A stretch of DNA of 50,461 nucleotides from Candidatus Methylomirabilota bacterium (GTDB lineage Bacteria > Methylomirabilota > Methylomirabilia > Rokubacteriales > CSP1-6): positions 1 through 50,461 of the forward strand of contig DATFWA010000016.1 of NCBI GenBank assembly GCA_035259825.1, written 5' to 3'. Under the pieces are notes generated by a model. It saw nothing but the letters and a program-made list of their open reading frames with translations, had not been told where the DNA came from and ran no database searches. Both the position numbers and the translations under genes were made by a program. Shown here one piece after another: positions 8,855 through 16,880 of this stretch (positions are counted from its first letter, which is position 1; every line of letters starts with the position of its first letter).

Positions 8855-9443
8855 TCTGCACCGTCTCGCTGTCCCGCGCCAGGAAGCGGACGCGCCGGTT
8901 GCGGCTCTGGCAGGCCGCACTCGGATCCGCGCAGAGCGTGCCGTCCTCGCCGCGAGACACCACCGTGATACGGCTCGCCGGGATGCCGTGGCCGACCAGG
9001 TACTGCATCACCCACGTCGCGCGACGCTGGGCGAGCGCCAGATTGGCGGCGCGGGAGCCCGCCGCGTCGGTGTGGCCCTCCAGGATCACGAGCTGGCTCG
9101 GGTTGGATTTGAGCCACGCGATCGCCGCGTCGAGCGACGCGAGGTCGTGGCGCTCCACCTGGACCTGCCCGGATGCGAAGTGGACGTCCTTTAGCTCCTC
9201 GCGCGGGGCGAACTCGGCGATGCGCTCGGGATCGGGCATCGGTCCCGCCGCGTCCGGCGCGGGCGCCCCCGGCCCCGGCGCGGCGTCAGGCCAGGTCGGC
9301 GCGGCCGGCGGGGTGGTCGGTGGGGACGGCGACGCCGCGACGACCACGGTGGGCGGCGGCTCGTGACGCGCGGCACACCCGACCGCGAGGAGTGTCACCG
9401 CGGTCGCGCCCAGCACGAACGAGATGCGGCCAAGCAGCGGCAT
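8832..9443 (-). CDS. OmpA-family / Pal-like peptidoglycan-associated lipoprotein
   Basis: Lipobox LLAVGC, a Pro-rich linker, and an OmpA-like domain (ILEGHTDAAGSRAANLALAQRRA...V..GE). The 3' end overlaps the convergent patatin gene by 23 nt. Confidence 0.8.
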   Translation of the reverse strand: MPLLGRISFVLGATAVTLLAVGCAARHEPPPTVVVAASPSPPTTPPAAPTWPDAAPGPGAPAPDAAGPMPDPERIAEFAPREELKDVHFASGQVQVERHDLASLDAAIAWLKSNPSQLVILEGHTDAAGSRAANLALAQRRATWVMQYLVGHGIPASRITVVSRGEDGTLCADPSAACQSRNRRVRFLARDSETVQISASPSR

Positions 9444-9458
9444 GATCGAGGCTCCGGC

Positions 9459-9680
9459 TCAGGCCAGCTCGTGACGCTCGGTGAGGCGGTCGTGCACCAT
9501 GCCGAGCCCGAACTCCAGCTCGGTCGCCAAGGATTGCAGATGCTCGAGCCGGTTGGCGTCCGGCTGGAGCGGGCCGTCTTCCGCCAGCCGTCCGTGTCCC
9601 ATCACCGCGAGGCTCAATAGACTCGCTTTCTCGAAGAGCCGCTCCACGTACTCGGCCAGCACGTCCTCGGTCGGGGGCAT
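9459..9680 (-). CDS. Hypothetical small protein (73 aa)
   Basis: SD AAGGAG lies about 7 nt upstream of the ATG. Codon usage is GC3-rich like the neighbours. I recognise no family. Confidence 0.5.
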   Translation of the reverse strand: MPPTEDVLAEYVERLFEKASLLSLAVMGHGRLAEDGPLQPDANRLEHLQSLATELEFGLGMVHDRLTERHELA

Positions 9681-9908
9681 GTCCTACTCCTTTTCTGATC
9701 CCGCCCGGCTCGTCGTTTCCGCCGTGCGGCGATTGGCCCTTGTCGGCATAGGACATGCCACGGGTGATGAGCCGGAACCGCTTGGAATTTCGATGGATTT
9801 CCCGGTGATCGGGGTCGCGGGTTCGTCAGCGCGGCGACAGGCCCGTCAGACACCGGACATGGGGCGAGAATCGGGGAGCGGGCACGGTACTGATCGCGAC
9901 CGCGCCGA

Positions 9909-10404
9909 TCAGCGAGAGCGCAGGTAGGCGCGCAGCGCCCGGCGAATCGAGGCGAAACCGATCTGCCGCCACGGGATCGTGTTCCGCGGGAACCAGCGCA
10001 CCTCGCTCACGTCGCTGCGGGCGCGAATCCGGCCGACCACGCGCACCTCGAACACGAGGCCGAGCACCGGGGCGCCGCCTGGGCCGTAGCGATCGATCTC
10101 GAATCCCACGAACCGCACTGCGAACCCGCGCGCCAAGCTCCTCGCGCACCTCGCGGCGCAGGCCGCGCTCCGGCCGCTCGCCCGCCTCGAGAAAGCCGCC
10201 GGCGAGATCCCAGGTGCCGCGATACGGCGCCGCGGCTCGGCGGCAGAGCAGGACACCGCGCGGACCAAGCACGATGGCCACCGTCGCGGGCACCGGATTG
10301 TCGTAGAAGGTCCACCCGCACCGCGGGCACCGCCACCGGCGGAAGCCCTCCGCGCGGACGGCGCGCAGGCGGGCGCCACAGACCAGGCAGTGGCGCGGCG
10401 TCAC
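9909..10404 (-). pseudogene. Zinc-ribbon Nudix hydrolase interrupted by a 1-nt frameshift just after the Nudix box
   Basis: Frame A (from 10404) encodes CLVCG...CPRCG and an intact Nudix box, GFLEAGERPERGLRREVREELG, then degenerates into Arg-rich nonsense. Frame B (stop at 9909) encodes a typical Nudix C-terminus, RFVGFEIDRYG...EVRWFPRNTIPWRQIGFASIRRALRAYL. The switch lies within about 10113-10131. Confidence 0.65.
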
Positions 10405-10414
10405 CGGTCTGGGG

Positions 10415-10828
10415 CTACTTCGCGTCGAGGCGCGCCGCGGCGCGCTGGTAGTCGCGGGCGGCGACCCACAGGATGGCGCCGTAGCGCCCGCCCCCTGCGC
10501 AGATGGCGTCGATTGCGGTGACGTTGATCCGTGCCGCGGCGAGCCGCGCGTGCATCTCCGCGACCACCCCGACGCGGTCCTCGCCCGAGATCAGGAACGC
10601 CCGCTTCGGTCCAGTGATCTTCCACTTCGCCCGCCGGGCGAAGGCGCGGAAGGCGGCGGGGTCGCTCGGCACGAAGTCGAGCTGCGAGCCACGGCCCTCC
10701 GGGAAGCCGGTGAAGGCGAGGAGGTTGATGCCCGCCTCCCCGAGCGCGCTCAGATAGCGCGCGCCCTCGCCCGCTCGGTTGGGCACCTGCACGTAGAAGT
10801 ACTCGACGCGCTGGATGGTGTCAGCCAT
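10415..10828 (-). CDS. ACT-domain-like small regulatory protein
   Basis: A two-repeat beta-alpha-beta-beta-alpha-beta-like pattern is visible (YFYVQVPNRAGEGARYLSALGEAGINL ... ISGEDRVGVVAEMHARLAAARINV). It overlaps the upstream gene by 8 nt. Confidence 0.55.
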   Translation of the reverse strand: MADTIQRVEYFYVQVPNRAGEGARYLSALGEAGINLLAFTGFPEGRGSQLDFVPSDPAAFRAFARRAKWKITGPKRAFLISGEDRVGVVAEMHARLAAARINVTAIDAICAGGGRYGAILWVAARDYQRAAARLDAK

Positions 10829-11363
10829 GACGGGCCTCCTCGAACTCGAGCTCGGTGCCGAGCGCCTCGTTGAACCGGTTCGTGAAGTTGGCAGCGGCGA
10901 CGGTGAGGGTGAGCTGTACCAGCGCCTCGGGCGTGAGATGCGCGCGGAGCCGCTCCACCAGCGCCCGATCGACCTGCACGCGCGTGGTCATCTCCTCCGC
11001 GTACTGCAGCGCGAGCCGCTCGACCTCCGTGAACAGCGGGCTCGTCCGGTACTCGGCAAGGGCTTCCAGCTGTTCTGTCGAGGCGCCCGCCCGGCGCGCC
11101 GCCGCTCCGTTGTGGGTGACGCAGTAGCGGCAACGGTTGAGCTGCGAGGCGTGCACGTACGCAAGATAGCGGAGTCGCAGGTCGAGCGGCCCCTCGCGGA
11201 GCCGCGGATACCAGCCCAGGAACGCGGGGAGCGACCGGGCGTGATGCGCCATCAGCCGGTAGATGTTCAGCACCCGACCGGACGCCTGCTGAAGCCCCTC
11301 GTAGATCGCCTGGATCTCGGGCCCCACCTGCGACCGATCGAGATACGGTAGTCTCGCCGCCAT
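10821..11363 (-). CDS. Carboxymuconolactone decarboxylase / AhpD-like family protein
   Basis: Start chosen at MAARLPYL (ATG at 11363). The CMD-type motif is ASQLNRCRYCVTHN, with a helical repeat architecture. Confidence 0.75.
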   Translation of the reverse strand: MAARLPYLDRSQVGPEIQAIYEGLQQASGRVLNIYRLMAHHARSLPAFLGWYPRLREGPLDLRLRYLAYVHASQLNRCRYCVTHNGAAARRAGASTEQLEALAEYRTSPLFTEVERLALQYAEEMTTRVQVDRALVERLRAHLTPEALVQLTLTVAAANFTNRFNEALGTELEFEEARHG

Positions 11364-11474
11364 CGTGCGCCCCCTCCCGGGCGGCGGTCGGGCGCCGGGG
11401 CTGGGCCCGCGCGGGTCGCCGCGTGGCCGCATCATACGCGGGCGGCTCCGACGGTCAAGCGTAGCGGGCCGCCG

Positions 11475-12503
11475 TCACAGGATGGCCAGATGGATGACCG
11501 CCCCCTCGAAGAGGAGCGCCGCGCCGCGGCTGCGCTCGACGCCAAACTCGAAGAGCTGGCCGACGCCCGCGTTGCCCCGAAGGCTGCCCTCCGCCCGGAC
11601 CGCGCCGCGCACTAGGACCTCGACGCGCTTCCGCGCGGCCGTCTCGTCCCAGCCGGGCGCGCCGCCGTAGGCGTCGAGGGCGTACGCCCGCAGCAGCTTC
11701 GGCCACTCGCGCGCGAAGAGGCCGGGCGAGTCGAAGCAGTCCACCCCGGCGAACCGGGCTCCCACGAAGATGGCGGCGCCGATCGCCCGCGGCACCACGG
11801 CTGGATCCAGCCGGCGGGTGGCGGTATCGAGATGTGCGCGGACCTCGGGCTTGTCGTAGATCGCCTGATAGCTACCGGTGGGCGACGGAGCCCGCAGATC
11901 ACGCGAGGCGGCGGCGACGCCGGACCAGATGCGCGATTGGGGGGACTTGCCGATTACCTCGGAGCGGACGCTCGGCTGGACCACGCTGCTCCGGCTCTCG
12001 AAGTCCTTCCGGCCCTCGTTCCAGCGGCCCTGCTCGACGCAATAGACGCCGATGTTGCGGGGGCCGCTGAGCGGGGGCAGCAGCAGGTCCTCACGCAGCA
12101 CCCGGTTCTGCTTGCCCCCGATCAGGATCTCGCCGGCCAGCAGGAGCACGTACGACTTGCCGCGATTGTCGGCGATCAGCTCGGGGACGCTGGCCTGCGC
12201 CCGCTCGGTCACCGTGAGCGCGGACGCAGCCCGGGCCTCGTCGAGCGTCAGGATCTGAGCTGGCGGACGGCCTTCTGGCGCCTCGAGCCAGATCGAGGAC
12301 AGCGCGCCCTGGGTCATCGCCGGTCCCGGCACGACCGCGCCGAGCATGCGATGCAGCTCGGGGCTCGGCTGACCGGCGATCGAAGCGGGCTTGACCGTGT
12401 CCCCATCGGGCAGGATACGGATCGGCTGCGCGAAGGCCTGCACGGGTAGGGACAGGGCGGCTCCGCCGAAGAGCTTCAGAAACGAGCGTCGAAGTGGATT
12501 CAT
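11475..12503 (-). CDS. Tat-signal exported protein, DUF6569/ARPP-1-like (family assignment from memory)
   Basis: A near-consensus twin-arginine signal is present (RRSFLKLFGGAALSLPVQAFAQ). The core motif is LTVTE...VLLLAGEILIGGKQNRVL...VYCVEQGRW. SD AAGGAGGA lies upstream. Confidence 0.6.
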   Translation of the reverse strand: MNPLRRSFLKLFGGAALSLPVQAFAQPIRILPDGDTVKPASIAGQPSPELHRMLGAVVPGPAMTQGALSSIWLEAPEGRPPAQILTLDEARAASALTVTERAQASVPELIADNRGKSYVLLLAGEILIGGKQNRVLREDLLLPPLSGPRNIGVYCVEQGRWNEGRKDFESRSSVVQPSVRSEVIGKSPQSRIWSGVAAASRDLRAPSPTGSYQAIYDKPEVRAHLDTATRRLDPAVVPRAIGAAIFVGARFAGVDCFDSPGLFAREWPKLLRAYALDAYGGAPGWDETAARKRVEVLVRGAVRAEGSLRGNAGVGQLFEFGVERSRGAALLFEGAVIHLAIL

Positions 12504-12603
12504 GGCGTCCTCCTTGCCCGCTTAGACCGGGGTCGCCGCGCAAAGTTCCGGGGATCGCGTATACTGACGACGGACGACCGACACCACCCCAAGGAGCGAC
12601 GCA

Positions 12604-13569
12604 ATGAGACGAACCGTGGCGATGGCCGTTCTGATGGCGCTGGTCTTGTCTCCGCTCCTGCTCGTGAGTGAGGCGTGGGCCCGCGCGGGCGGGGGGAGCT
12701 CGGGCGGAAGCCGGGGCTCCCGCAGCTATTCCTCCCCGGCGAAGCCCCCATCGAGCCCCGCCTCGCCCAGCCAGCCCGCTTCGCCCCCGGCGTACCAATC
12801 TCCTGCGCCGCAGCGGCCGGGCTGGGGCGGCATGATGGGCGGGATGCTCGGCGGCCTTCTCCTGGGTGGCCTGCTCGGAAGCCTCTTCTTCGGCGGCGGA
12901 CACGGCGGGGGTATCGGGCTGCTCGAGATCCTGATCATCGCGGGGCTCGCATGGTTCGCGATCTCCTACATGCGGCGCCGGCAGGCGCCGGAATCCTCCG
13001 GCTACGCGATGGCTGGCGGCTACGGAGGCGGCGGCTACGAACGCTCGTCGGAGTCCCGGTACGACGCCCAGACGTCCGGCCGCGCCGGCGCCGCGGTGAT
13101 GGAGCCGGCGCCCGGGCCGTCCGATCTGGAGCGTGGGCTCAACCACGTGCGCCAGATGGACCCGGGCTTCGATCCGCGCGCCTTCACGGAGAGAGCGTCC
13201 GACATCTTCTTCAAGGTACAGGGCGCGTGGACGGCCCGCGACATGGCGAGCGCCGCGGCGGTGCTCACTCCCGAGATGCAGGGCCTGCTCCAGCGCGACT
13301 GCGACCGGCTACGGGCGGAGCGCAAGGTCAACCGGCTGGAGAACATCGCGGTGCGGTCGGCCGACGTCACCGAGGTCTGGCAGGAAGGCGGGCAGGACTA
13401 CGTCACCGTCCACTTCCTGGCGAGCCTGCTCGACTACACCACCGATGAGATCGGCGCGCGGGTGCTCGAGGGCAGCCGCACCGAGCCGGTGAAGTTCGAG
13501 GAGTACTGGACGTTCGTTCGCCCGGTCGGCCCGAATCCCTTCCGGCTCAGCGCGATTCAGCAGCCGTAG
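12604..13569 (+). CDS. Tim44-like domain membrane protein
   Basis: Signal/TM segment, a Gly/Ser/Pro-rich low-complexity region and a TM segment (GIGLLEILIIAGLAWFAISY). A C-terminal Tim44-like fold follows (FDPRAF...ASDIFFKVQGAW...EYWTFVR). SD AAGGAG is present. Confidence 0.7.
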   Translation: MRRTVAMAVLMALVLSPLLLVSEAWARAGGGSSGGSRGSRSYSSPAKPPSSPASPSQPASPPAYQSPAPQRPGWGGMMGGMLGGLLLGGLLGSLFFGGGHGGGIGLLEILIIAGLAWFAISYMRRRQAPESSGYAMAGGYGGGGYERSSESRYDAQTSGRAGAAVMEPAPGPSDLERGLNHVRQMDPGFDPRAFTERASDIFFKVQGAWTARDMASAAAVLTPEMQGLLQRDCDRLRAERKVNRLENIAVRSADVTEVWQEGGQDYVTVHFLASLLDYTTDEIGARVLEGSRTEPVKFEEYWTFVRPVGPNPFRLSAIQQP

Positions 13570-13575
13570 CCGGCG

Positions 13576-14346
13576 CTAGAACGAGGCCGACATCCCGCCG
13601 TCGAAGTTGATGGCGGTTCCGGTGATGTAGGCGGCGCGGGCGGAGCAGAGGAACGCGGCGAGATCCGCGAACTCCTCGGCTTCGCCCACCCGCCCGACCG
13701 GGACCCGCTTCGCCACCTCGCGGTAGTAGCCGTCCAGATCGCCCTTGGCGCGGCGCTCCCACTGCGCGCTCTTCACGAGACCCAGGCAGATCGTGTTCAC
13801 GAGGATGCGGTCGGGCGCGTACTCGTTGGCGAGCGACTTGGTCAGGTTGATGCCGGCCGCGCGGGTGACGCTGGTGGGGAGCGCGCGGGCCGCCGGAGTC
13901 TTGCCGCCCACCGTGGTGACGTTGACGATGCTGCCGCCCCCGCGCTTCTTCATGTGAGGGATGACGAGACGGCAGAAACGTATCGCGGCCATCAGCTTGA
14001 CCTGGATGTCGGCCTCCCACGTCGCGTCGTCTACCTGCTCGAAGGGCCCCGCGGACGAGGTGCCCGCGTTGTTGATCAGGATGTCGATCCCGCCGTGAGC
14101 GGCCAGCGTGGCGTTCACCACCGCCTCCACGTCGGTGGGGCGGGTGACGTCGGCGGGATGGGCCAGGACCTGGACGCCGGTCGCCTGGCGAATCGTCTCC
14201 GCGGCGCGCTCCAGCACGTCCTTGCGGCGCGCGCAGATCACGACGTGCGCGCCCTCCGCGGCCAGCCGCAGGGCGGTGGCGCGGCCGAGTCCCTCGCTGC
14301 CTCCGGTGACGATGGCGACCTTGCCGGTGAGACCGAGATCGAGCAT
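13576..14346 (-). CDS. SDR-family oxidoreductase
   Basis: Start at MLDLGL (ATG at 14346, SD GGGAGGA). TGGSEGLG Rossmann motif and NNAG are present. The C-terminus is typical (ITGTAINFDGG). Confidence 0.85.
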   Translation of the reverse strand: MLDLGLTGKVAIVTGGSEGLGRATALRLAAEGAHVVICARRKDVLERAAETIRQATGVQVLAHPADVTRPTDVEAVVNATLAAHGGIDILINNAGTSSAGPFEQVDDATWEADIQVKLMAAIRFCRLVIPHMKKRGGGSIVNVTTVGGKTPAARALPTSVTRAAGINLTKSLANEYAPDRILVNTICLGLVKSAQWERRAKGDLDGYYREVAKRVPVGRVGEAEEFADLAAFLCSARAAYITGTAINFDGGMSASF

Positions 14347-14428
14347 GACGGTGTCCTCCCGCTCGCGGATGGTAACGGGGCGCCCGGGCGCGGTCAAGGC
14401 GCGCCGTCGTCATGTTATGGTCGTCGCG

Positions 14429-15208
14429 ATGCGACGGGTGCTGATCACCGGGATGAGCGGGCTCATCGGCGAGGCCACGCGGCGCCGCCTCGAGGGACGC
14501 TTCACCCTGCGGGCCCTGAACCGCCGTCCGCTGCCTGGGGTGGACTGCCATCAGGCCGATATCGGCGATCTGGAGGCGATCGCCCCCGCGTTCCGCGACG
14601 TGGACGCGGTGGTGCACCTGGCCGCGCACGTCGCGAACGCCGCCAACCGCGGCGAGTGGGAGGCGGTGCTCCGCGACAACGTCGTGGGTACCTACAACGT
14701 CTTCGAGGCGGCCCGCCGCGCGGGTGTCAAGCGGGTGATCTACGCGAGCAGCGGCGCGACCGTCAGCAACATCGAGCGCGACGCGCCCTACGCCGCGCTG
14801 GCCGCCGGCCGCTACGACGAGGTCGCGGAGTGGCCCGTGCTCACCCACGAGTCGCCGATGCGCCCGAACGGACTCTACGGCTGCAGCAAGATCTGGGGCG
14901 AGGCGCTGGCGCGACACTACGCCGACATCACGTCCATGTCCATGATCTGCCTGCGTATCGGCCACGTGAGCGCGGCGGACCGCCCGGTGAGGCCGCGGGA
15001 GTTCTCGGTGTGGTGCAGTCGGCGCGACATCGCCCAAATGATCGAGCGTTGCCTGCTCGCGCCCGACAGTCTCCGCTTCGACGTGTTCTTCGTCACCTCC
15101 GACAACAAGTGGGGCTACCGCGACATCGAGCACGCCCGCGCGATGGTGGGCTTCGTTCCCGAGGATCGCGCCGAGGACCACCGGGGCTCCCCGGAGGCGG
15201 GACGGTGA
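14429..15208 (+). CDS. NAD-dependent epimerase/dehydratase family protein
   Basis: VLITGMSGLIGE Rossmann motif and catalytic YGCSK (YxxxK). An alternative start at 14417 is possible. Confidence 0.8.
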   Translation: MRRVLITGMSGLIGEATRRRLEGRFTLRALNRRPLPGVDCHQADIGDLEAIAPAFRDVDAVVHLAAHVANAANRGEWEAVLRDNVVGTYNVFEAARRAGVKRVIYASSGATVSNIERDAPYAALAAGRYDEVAEWPVLTHESPMRPNGLYGCSKIWGEALARHYADITSMSMICLRIGHVSAADRPVRPREFSVWCSRRDIAQMIERCLLAPDSLRFDVFFVTSDNKWGYRDIEHARAMVGFVPEDRAEDHRGSPEAGR

Positions 15209-15224
15209 TGCTATTCTGGCGGCC

Positions 15225-16442
15225 GTGACCCAGTCCGCCGACCTCGCGATCATCGGTGGTGGCATCGTCGGCCTCGCCACCGGGCTGGCCCTGACCGAGG
15301 CGCATCCGCGCCTCCGCCTGACCATGCTGGAGAAGGAGCCGCAGATCGCCGGTCACCAGACCGGCCACAACAGCGGCGTCATCCACTCCGGCATCTACTA
15401 CAAGCCGGGCTCGCTCAAGGCGCGCACCTGCGTGGACGGCGCCCGCCGGATGAAACAGTTCTGCGATACCCACGGGATCAAGTGGGAGGGCTGCGGCAAG
15501 GTCATCGTGGCCACCGACGAGGCCGAGCTCCCGCGGCTGCAGAACATCTACGAGCGCGGGCAGGCCAACGGCCTGAGCGGCCTCAAGATGCTCTCGACGG
15601 CGGAGGTCCGCGAGTACGAGCCGAACTGCCGCGCGGTGCGCGCCATCCACGTGCCCGAGACCGGCATCGTGGACTACGTGCAGGTCGCGGGCAAGATGGC
15701 CGAGCTGATCCAGCAGCGGGGCGCGCAGATCCTCACCGGCGCGGCGGTCACCGGGATCCGGCGGCAGGGGAGCGGTCTGGTGCTCGAGACCGCCCGTGGT
15801 CCGGTGGAGGCGCAGCACCTCGTCAACTGCGGCGGCCTGCACTCCGACCGGGTGGCCGCCCTCACCGGCGCGACGCCGGAGGTGCGCATCATCCCGTTCC
15901 GCGGCGAGTACTACATGCTCCGGCCGGAGCGCCGCTCGATCGTGCGCGGCCTAATCTACCCGGTGCCCGATCCCGAGTTCCCATTCCTCGGCGTGCACTT
16001 CACCCGCACCATCCACGGTGACGTGGAGGCGGGACCGAACGCGGTGCTCGCCTTCGCGCGCGAGGGATACACCCTCGGCACCGTGAAGCCGGGCGAGCTC
16101 GCGGGCACGCTGGGCTACGCCGGCTTCTGGCACATGGCCCGAAAGTACTGGCGCGTGGGCGCCTACGAGATGTACCGCTCGGCGAGCAAGGCGGCCTTCG
16201 TGCGCTCGCTGCAGAAGCTGGTGCCCGACATCACGAGCGCCGATCTCGAGCGCGGCGGGGCGGGGGTGCGCGCGCAGGCGGTGGCGCCCGACGGCTCGCT
16301 GGTGGACGACTTCAAGATCAGCGTGACGCCGGGCGCGGTGCACGTGGTCAACGCGCCCTCGCCCGCGGCCACCGCGTCGCTGGCGATCGGCCGCCACGTG
16401 GCTGGCGTCGCCGCCGAGTCCTTCGGACTCGCGCGGGCCTGA
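15225..16442 (+). CDS. lhgO: L-2-hydroxyglutarate oxidase-like FAD-dependent oxidoreductase
   Basis: The FAD motif IIGGGIVGLA is followed by HQTGHNSGVIHSGIYYKPGSLKA, which is characteristic of LhgO/YgaF-type enzymes. GTG start. Confidence 0.75.
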   Translation: MTQSADLAIIGGGIVGLATGLALTEAHPRLRLTMLEKEPQIAGHQTGHNSGVIHSGIYYKPGSLKARTCVDGARRMKQFCDTHGIKWEGCGKVIVATDEAELPRLQNIYERGQANGLSGLKMLSTAEVREYEPNCRAVRAIHVPETGIVDYVQVAGKMAELIQQRGAQILTGAAVTGIRRQGSGLVLETARGPVEAQHLVNCGGLHSDRVAALTGATPEVRIIPFRGEYYMLRPERRSIVRGLIYPVPDPEFPFLGVHFTRTIHGDVEAGPNAVLAFAREGYTLGTVKPGELAGTLGYAGFWHMARKYWRVGAYEMYRSASKAAFVRSLQKLVPDITSADLERGGAGVRAQAVAPDGSLVDDFKISVTPGAVHVVNAPSPAATASLAIGRHVAGVAAESFGLARA

Positions 16443-16448
16443 GCCGTC

Positions 16449-16841
16449 CTACTTCTTCGCCAGCTTGTCCTCGCATTCGCGCAGGCGATCTTCCGCGGAG
16501 AGCATCATCGCGGCCAGGTCGCGGATCAGCGCGATAGCGAGCGCCGGATTCGCGCGCACGAGGTGATCGAGGCGGTTCGCCGAGATGACCATGAGGGTCA
16601 CCGCGTCGGCGGCGATTGCGGAAGCCGAGCGCGGGGCGTTGCGGAACAGCGCGAGGTGACCGAAGAGCTCACCCTTGGCGAGCGTCCGCAGGAGGCGGTC
16701 CTCGCCACCGATCTGCTTGCGGAACTCCACCCGGCCCAAGTGGATCATGAACGCCTCGCCCTTGGCGTCGTCGCCCTCACGGAAGATGACGGTGCCGGGC
16801 TCGAACGTCCTCGTCGGAACTTCCCCGATTGGGCGACTCAT
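16449..16841 (-). CDS. Stand-alone cyclic nucleotide-binding domain protein (no DNA-binding domain)
   Basis: A cNMP-binding beta-roll is present: FREGD...GELFGHLALF...PRSASAIA. At 130 aa it is too short for a Crp HTH. Confidence 0.8.
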   Translation of the reverse strand: MSRPIGEVPTRTFEPGTVIFREGDDAKGEAFMIHLGRVEFRKQIGGEDRLLRTLAKGELFGHLALFRNAPRSASAIAADAVTLMVISANRLDHLVRANPALAIALIRDLAAMMLSAEDRLRECEDKLAKK

Positions 16842-16880
16842 ACTTTATTGCCTTCAGTGTAAAATGGCCGCGGTGGGCCC

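Noticed and set aside
16858-16868. The identical 11-mer TGTAAAATGGC occurs in two promoter-like intergenic regions, 16858-16868 and about 30559-30569.
   Set aside because: It probably reflects similar -10-like elements (TAAAAT). Two copies of an 11-mer in 50 kb are not statistically compelling, and I cannot link them to a regulator. The first copy lies only about 15 nt from the ATG at 16881, which could mean a very short leader, but that is speculative.
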